Assembly (NCBI GenBank): GCA_051362555.1
Contig: JBPQGU010000016.1
Location: forward strand, 4,588,001 to 4,652,000
Source of the DNA: Lingula anatina
Taxonomy: Eukaryota > Animalia > Brachiopoda
Length of the DNA: 64,000 bases
Direction: 5' to 3'
Shown here in pieces: positions 61,201 through 64,000 of the stretch; the stretch's first letter is position 1; every line of letters begins with the position of its first letter. Position numbers and translations under genes: made by a program. Under the pieces are notes generated by a model. The model was not told where the DNA came from and made no database searches. It saw nothing but the letters and a program-made list of their open reading frames with translations.

Positions 61201-64000
61201 GAGAACAGAATCTGAGAGGGGGGGGGGAGACAGAGTTTTTGCTCTATTTCTTCCTTAATGTTGACACCACCACTCTTCCAGCACTTTATTCTTACTACAA
61301 ATGACCGAACACACCTACCTGACACTATAATGAAGAAAAAAAATTTTCATCCCTACCTGGCCAAAATTGAAGAAATCTCACAGTGCCGGCACTGTTCAAA
61401 ATCACTCAAAATCACCAAAAATCGACCTGTCTCCGATTTTTCCAAAAAGTGACGAAAATCAATCTACTACACCTGTCATTCATAAAAAATGTGGAAACGC
61501 ACCCGGGTCACTTCATCAAGGCCCCCAATTCTAGCTTTAAAGATGATCCAAAAATAAGCTCTGAGAACAGAATCTGAGAGGGGGGGGGGGGAGACAGAGT
61601 TTTTGCTCTATTTCTTCCTTAATGTTGACACCACCACTCTTCCAGCACTTTATTCTTACTACAAATGACCGAACACACCTACCTGACACTATAATGAAGA
61701 AAAAAAATTTTCATCCCTACCTGGCCAAAATTGAAGAAATCTCACAGTGCCGGCACTGTTCAAAATCACTCAAAATCACCAAAAATCGACCCGTCTCCGA
61801 TTTTTCCAAAAAGTGACGAAAATCAATCTACCACACCTGTCATTCATAAAAAATGTGGAAACGCGCCCGGGTCACTTCATCAAGGCCCCCAATTCTAGCT
61901 TTAAAGATGATCCAAAAATAAGCTCTGAGAACAGAATCTGAGAGGGGGGGGGGGGGAGACAGAGTTTTTGCTCTATTTCTTCCTTAATGTTGACACCACC
62001 ACTCTTCCAGCACTTTATTCTTACTACAAATGACCGAACACACCTACCTGACACTATAATGAAGAAAAAAAATTTTCATCCCTACCTGGCCAAAATTGAA
62101 GAAATCTCACAGTGCCGGCACTGTTCAAAATCACTCAAAATCACCAAAAATCGACCCGTCTCCGATTTTTCCAAAAAGTGACGAAAATCAATCTACCACA
62201 CCTGTCATTCATAAAAAATGTGGAAACGCGCCCGGGTCACTTCATCAAGGCCCCCAATTCTAGCTTTAAAGATGATCCAAAAATAAGCTCTGAGAACAGA
62301 ATCTGAGAGGGGGGGGGGGGAGACAGAGTTTTTGCTCTATTTCTTCCTTAATGTTGACACCACCACTCTTCCAGCACTTTATTCTTACTACAAATGACCG
62401 AACACACCTACCTGACACTATAATGAAGAAAAAAAATTTTCATCCCTACCTGGCCAAAATTGAAGAAATCTCACAGTGCCGGCACTGTTCAAAATCACTC
62501 AAGATCACCAAAAATCGACCCGTCTCCGATTTTTCCAAAAAGTGACGAAAATCAATCTACCACACCTGTCATTCATAAAAAATGTGGAAACGCGCCCGGG
62601 TCACTTCATCAAGGCCCCCAATTCTAGCTTTAAAGATGATCCAAAAATAAGCTCTGAGAACAGAATCTGAGAGGGGGGGGAGACAGAGTTTTTGCTCTAT
62701 TTCTTCCTTAATGTTGACACCACCACTCTTCCAGCACTTTATTCTTACTACAAATGACCGAACACACCTACCTGACACTATAATGAAGAAAAAAAATTTT
62801 CATCCCTACCTGGCCAAAATTGAAGAAATCTCACAGTGCCGGCACTGTTCAAAATCACTCAAAATCACCAAAAATCGACCCGTCTCCGATTTTTCCAAAA
62901 AGTGACGAAAATAAATCTACCACACCTGTCATTCATAAAAAATGTGGAAACGCGCCCGGGTCACTTCATCAAGGCCCCCAATTCTAGCTTTAAAGATGAT
63001 CCAAAAATAAGCTCTGAGAACAGAATCTGAGAGGGGGGGGGGGAGACAGAGTTTTTGCTCTATTTCTTCCTTAATGTTGACACCACCACTCTTCCAGCAC
63101 TTTATTCTTACTACAAATGACCGAACACACCTACCTGACACTATAATGAAGAAAAAAAATTTTCATCCCTACCTGGCCAAAATTGAAGAAATCTCACAGT
63201 GCCGGCACTGTTCAAAATCACTCAAAATCACCAAAAATCGACCACACCTGTCATTCATAAAAAATGTGGAAACGCGCCCGGGTCACTTCATCAAGGCCCC
63301 CAATTCTAGCTTTAAAGATGATCCAAAAATAAGCTCTGAGAACAGAATCTGAGGGGGGGGGGGGAGACAGAGTTTTTGCTCTATTTCTTCCTTAATGTTG
63401 ACACCACCACTCTTCCAGCACTTTATTCTTACTACAAATGACCGAACACACCTACCTGACACTATAATGAAGAAAAAAAATTTTCATCCCTACCTGGCCA
63501 AAATTGAAGAAATCTCACAGTGCAGGCACTGTTCAAAATCACTCAAAATCACCAAAAATCGACCCGTCTCCGATTTTTCCAAAAAGTGACGAAAATCAAT
63601 CTACCACACCTGTCATTCATAAAAAATGTGGAAACGCGCCCGGGTCACTTCATCAAGGCCCCCAATTCTAGCTTTAAAGATGACCAAAAATAAGCTCTGA
63701 GAACAGAATCTGAGAGGGGGGGGGGGGGAGACAGAGTTTTTGCTCTATTTCTTCCTTAATGTTGACACCACCACTCTTCCAGCACTTTATTCTTACTACA
63801 AATGACCGAACACACCTACCTGACACTATAATGAAGAAAAAAAATTTTCATCCCTACCTGGCCAAAATTGAAGAAATCTCACAGTGCCGGCACTGGTCAA
63901 AATCACTCAAAATCACCAAAAATCGACCCGTCTCCGATTTTTCCAAAAAGTGACGAAAATCAATCTACCACACCTGTCATTCATAAAAAATGTGGAAACG
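46300..64000. repeat. Tandem satellite DNA array, same ~363-bp monomer and orientation (~49 copies), right array
   Basis: Starts at AGTTTTTGCTCTATTTC (46300) and continues to the window end. Confidence 0.99.

Noticed and set aside
1-64000. Hundreds of repeated 60-143 aa ORFs (MLTPPLFQ..., MPALFKIT..., MSGRCVRS...) as a tandem gene family
   Set aside because: They are translations of the satellite monomer; frames open and close with poly-G and poly-A length, many use non-ATG starts, and no domain is recognisable.

Overview
Eukaryotic DNA, probably from a marine invertebrate (inferred from the repeat types). Two arrays of the same ~363-bp satellite in the same orientation (1-17097, ~47 monomers; ~46300-64000, ~49 monomers) flank a ~29-kb island of nested transposons. 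The island holds a young full-length BEL/Pao LTR retrotransposon (28121-35769; near-identical 821/823-bp LTRs, GAAGG TSD, two frameshifts) sitting inside an unclassified ~2.9-kb inverted-repeat element whose right end runs into a 34-bp minisatellite. It also holds a fold-back Tc1 element made of two transposase 3' halves, an intron-containing Kolobok-like transposase relic, two decayed DIRS-type tyrosine-recombinase retroelements (one interrupted by a TTAA piggyBac-like element) and several GGCGGAT-ended MITEs. The satellite is zoned: a variant-rich 7-mer/11-mer higher-order repeat, a nearly invariant block, and a block fixed for a CpG mutation in a 16-bp dyad. The layout resembles a centromeric or pericentromeric locus, but that is inference. 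No host protein-coding or RNA gene could be supported; the hundreds of 60-90 aa ORFs are satellite artefacts.
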